Shown piece after piece: positions 61,549-64,000 of a DNA stretch of 64,000 nucleotides. The notes under the pieces are model-generated. The model searched no databases. It had not been told where the DNA came from and worked only from the letters and a program-made list of their open reading frames with translations. Every line of letters starts with the position of its first letter. The stretch's first letter is position 1. Source of the stretch: Takakia lepidozioides (lineage: Eukaryota > Plantae > Bryophyta); the NCBI GenBank assembly GCA_030704615.1, contig CM060733.1, positions 74,090,001-74,154,000 on the forward strand, read 5' to 3'. The translations under genes were made by a program, and so were the position numbers.

Positions 61549-64000
61549 TTGCGGATTCGTCGTCACCTGTGGACATTCTCCATCAGACCGCTTTCCTCAA
61601 AAAATACAATAAATCCATCTGATACAAGAGTAGAAGCCCCAAATGAAGCGTGGGAAAGTACCTGAAACCACCATGTCATGCGGTTCATCCACATGTCGAA
61701 TGTGGGGTCGGACACTTTGTCGGGTTTGGGGAAGCTCCACATGTCCCTTGTACTTTGGGAACCATTCTAGATTTGGAGCCACCGGGTCTGTCCAACCACC
61801 ACAGCATATTAGTAAGCGCCAAACACCACAAAAATGAATTGCTGCCACGACGTTTTTGGTTAAGAATGTATAACCTTTTCAGTTGCATCCACACAGGATG
61901 TGGCTAGACGATGCAGCTTCTCCAATGTCATCGTGGGCTTCAGAGCGCGGGAGTAGTGCTTCCCCACCTCCACCAGAAAGTCGGCACCAAGGGCGGGATC
62001 AGCTATGGCCACGTACTTTACCATCCGCGACTTGTACTTTATGCGGGCCTTCGCCTCCGCAACTTTGAGATACAATTCCAGTGCCGGGAGGGTTAGTTTC
62101 TTCTCCTCTGACTCCATGTAGAACCTCCGCGCATGTGCCAAATCCTGCTGAATTTTCGTCTGTCAAGAATGCGCAGATATGATTAGAAATCCTGGTCAAC
62201 ACTTTTTCTTCTATTGGGGGAGGAGAGACAGATAAGCTGAACAAAACAGTCAGGAGCTTTACCCAAAATATGTAGTCCACCATGGCGTCCATGCTCAGCC
62301 TATACCAGGTTCTGTCTGCCTTTGCCTCCGACTTGCGTAGCAGGTCGGCACTGAGCGAATTGGCAAACTCTTGCACCCCCTGCTTCCCAACATCCTTCAC
62401 TCGGAAGAGCATATGGGACAAGTTGGTGGCAATGAAGGCATTCTCAGTCACCCTGCAATGCCACATTTCCATTAAACAATACAGAAATGAGAATTTGCAA
62501 CAAATATGACGATTGGCAATGAAGTGACTGTTTCAAATTCAAAGTTCCAAATCAAGAGGCATTGTAACTTACGAGTTGATGTCTGCCATTGCCGCTTTGA
62601 GAAGACTGCGATCTTTGGGCCCCGCAACCTTGAGCACAACACACTCCACGGCAAAATGCCAATCCAGATCGTTGGGGTGGGCTTGGGCTATGTACTCCAT
62701 CCATGCCAGGAGGCGATGATTGCCGTCCCACACGTAAAACATCTTTCCGGACAAGTGCTGGAAAAGACGATCAGTAGCAATCAATCTCTCGAACTCCTCA
62801 TTTTGCCTTTGCCAATGGGGACCCCATTTGTCCACCTCATCGGAAGTGTGGGCACGAGAAGCTCCGTGGTCATTCTCCATGGAAATGTAAAACGCGGCAG
62901 ACCCCATTCGATATCCCTCCCGGAAAGAGAATTTCAGCTTGTCGATATCGCTTGGGAGGGCAGGTCTCACCACCTGCAATGAAACCAAGCGGCAAAGGGG
63001 AATCCGAAGCTTGGCCGGGTACACCATGCCCCCCAGGACCCTGCCAATGTTGCTGTGGGTTGCCTCCAACATCTTGGCAGCGGCCAACTTCATATCCGCC
63101 TCCGACATGACGTCTGTTGCAGGGGGGTTCTCCGGCAGCCCACCCGGACCGCCAAATCCAGCCTGTATGCTCCGGGTTTGGGGCCTGGGGATGTCCGGAA
63201 GGATGTCATCCTGGTCAGAAAGCTCCCTCTCGTCGTCTTCAACATGGTCAACCACCGCCGGAACCACCTCGAGCACTCTCCCTGTCTCTACTGCCCTCTC
63301 CCCGGCTTCACCTCGAACTTCCACAATCTGTGCTCTTTGTGATGTTCTTTCCCTTCCTCCAGTCTCCATCGTATGGGTAATTTGGTGGGCTGCTCCCACC
63401 CGCGATGGTGTAACCGGTATGTTACTGCCTCTTTGTGGTGTCTTGGAGGGATCCACCGTCTCTGTGCGTCCCTCGCTTACATGGGCATCTGTCATTTCGA
63501 CAACCCTGGCCTCTTCAGTGGCCTTTTCTATTGCCTCCTGGCTAGCCTTATGTCTCGCCTGTTCTTTTGCCCTCTCTTTTGCCCTCTCACGGGCCTTCTG
63601 TTTCTTACTGGGGGTAGCAGCAGGGGAGGCCTCTAGGACGACCACCTTTGATTGAGGCGAACTGACACCCTCGCGTGCCTCCCCCCTCCGCAGCCCGTGA
63701 CGGCTCTCTTGCCGGGGATTGCATGTGCTTGGCTTTCTTCTTCTTCTTTGCGTGGGCGGGCCCTACTGCATGTGCATCAACTTCCTCCATTGCCGGATCT
63801 GCTGTCCTCATCCGACGCCCTTCACCTGCCATGCCGCCTGCACCAACCTCCCCAATGCCTATTCTGTCGTACTCTCGCTGCAAGTCCTCCCGACCACCAA
63901 CAAAAGGATTTAGTTTGCCCTCCCGCCCCAAGTTGGGCGGTCCAAACATGCGATGAGTAGCGGCTTTTGGAGTGACTGCTCGAGCAGTTGGAGCTGTCGA
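61549..64000 (-). pseudogene. Family D ParB-MTase-type gene (5' part), disrupted by the A3 insertion
   Basis: LRIPLCRLVSL..FYVWDGNHRLLAW; exons >63645-62573, 62452-62263, 62159-61875, ~61787-61662, 61567-61549 with the same intron positions as A and B; MTase exons not present in the window. Confidence 0.8.

Overview
Eukaryotic, intron-containing and probably non-seed-plant DNA (organism is inference). The window is entirely nested transposons from two groups. (1) One Ty3/gypsy chromovirus family: ~720-bp LTRs TGTCGCG...CGCGACA, tRNA-Met PBS, 5-bp TSDs, one near-complete copy at 34334-41203 and many fragments. (2) At least four diverged families (A-D) of large (~13-14 kb) Mutator-like DNA transposons with short termini, (A/G)TGAGC subterminal repeats and 9-10-bp TSDs. 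Families A-C share one layout: a GCM-like/DDE/SWIM transposase gene, then a dense array of a family-specific palindrome, then a divergently transcribed multi-exon gene fusing a ParB/Srx-like domain (WDGNHR) to a beta-class N4C/N6A methyltransferase-like domain (DIPDG ... VLD..GTG). Only the ParB part of D is in the window. A and B also carry small 'RWNCC' genes of unknown function. The palindrome differs by family (A GGAAATGCGG-CA-CCGCATTTCC; B AATTTCGG-CG-CCGAAATT; C GCTCAAACAGTGTGCGT-CA-ACGCACACTGTTTGAGC), and in A and B it also occurs in the introns of that family's ParB-MTase gene. This suggests a transposon-encoded ParB/parS-like self-recognition and self-marking system. Three split TSD pairs show that ~22.5-51.9 kb is inverted relative to the original arrangement. 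Most copies carry stops or frameshifts, some of which are probably sequencing noise. All alignments and exon boundaries were read by eye.
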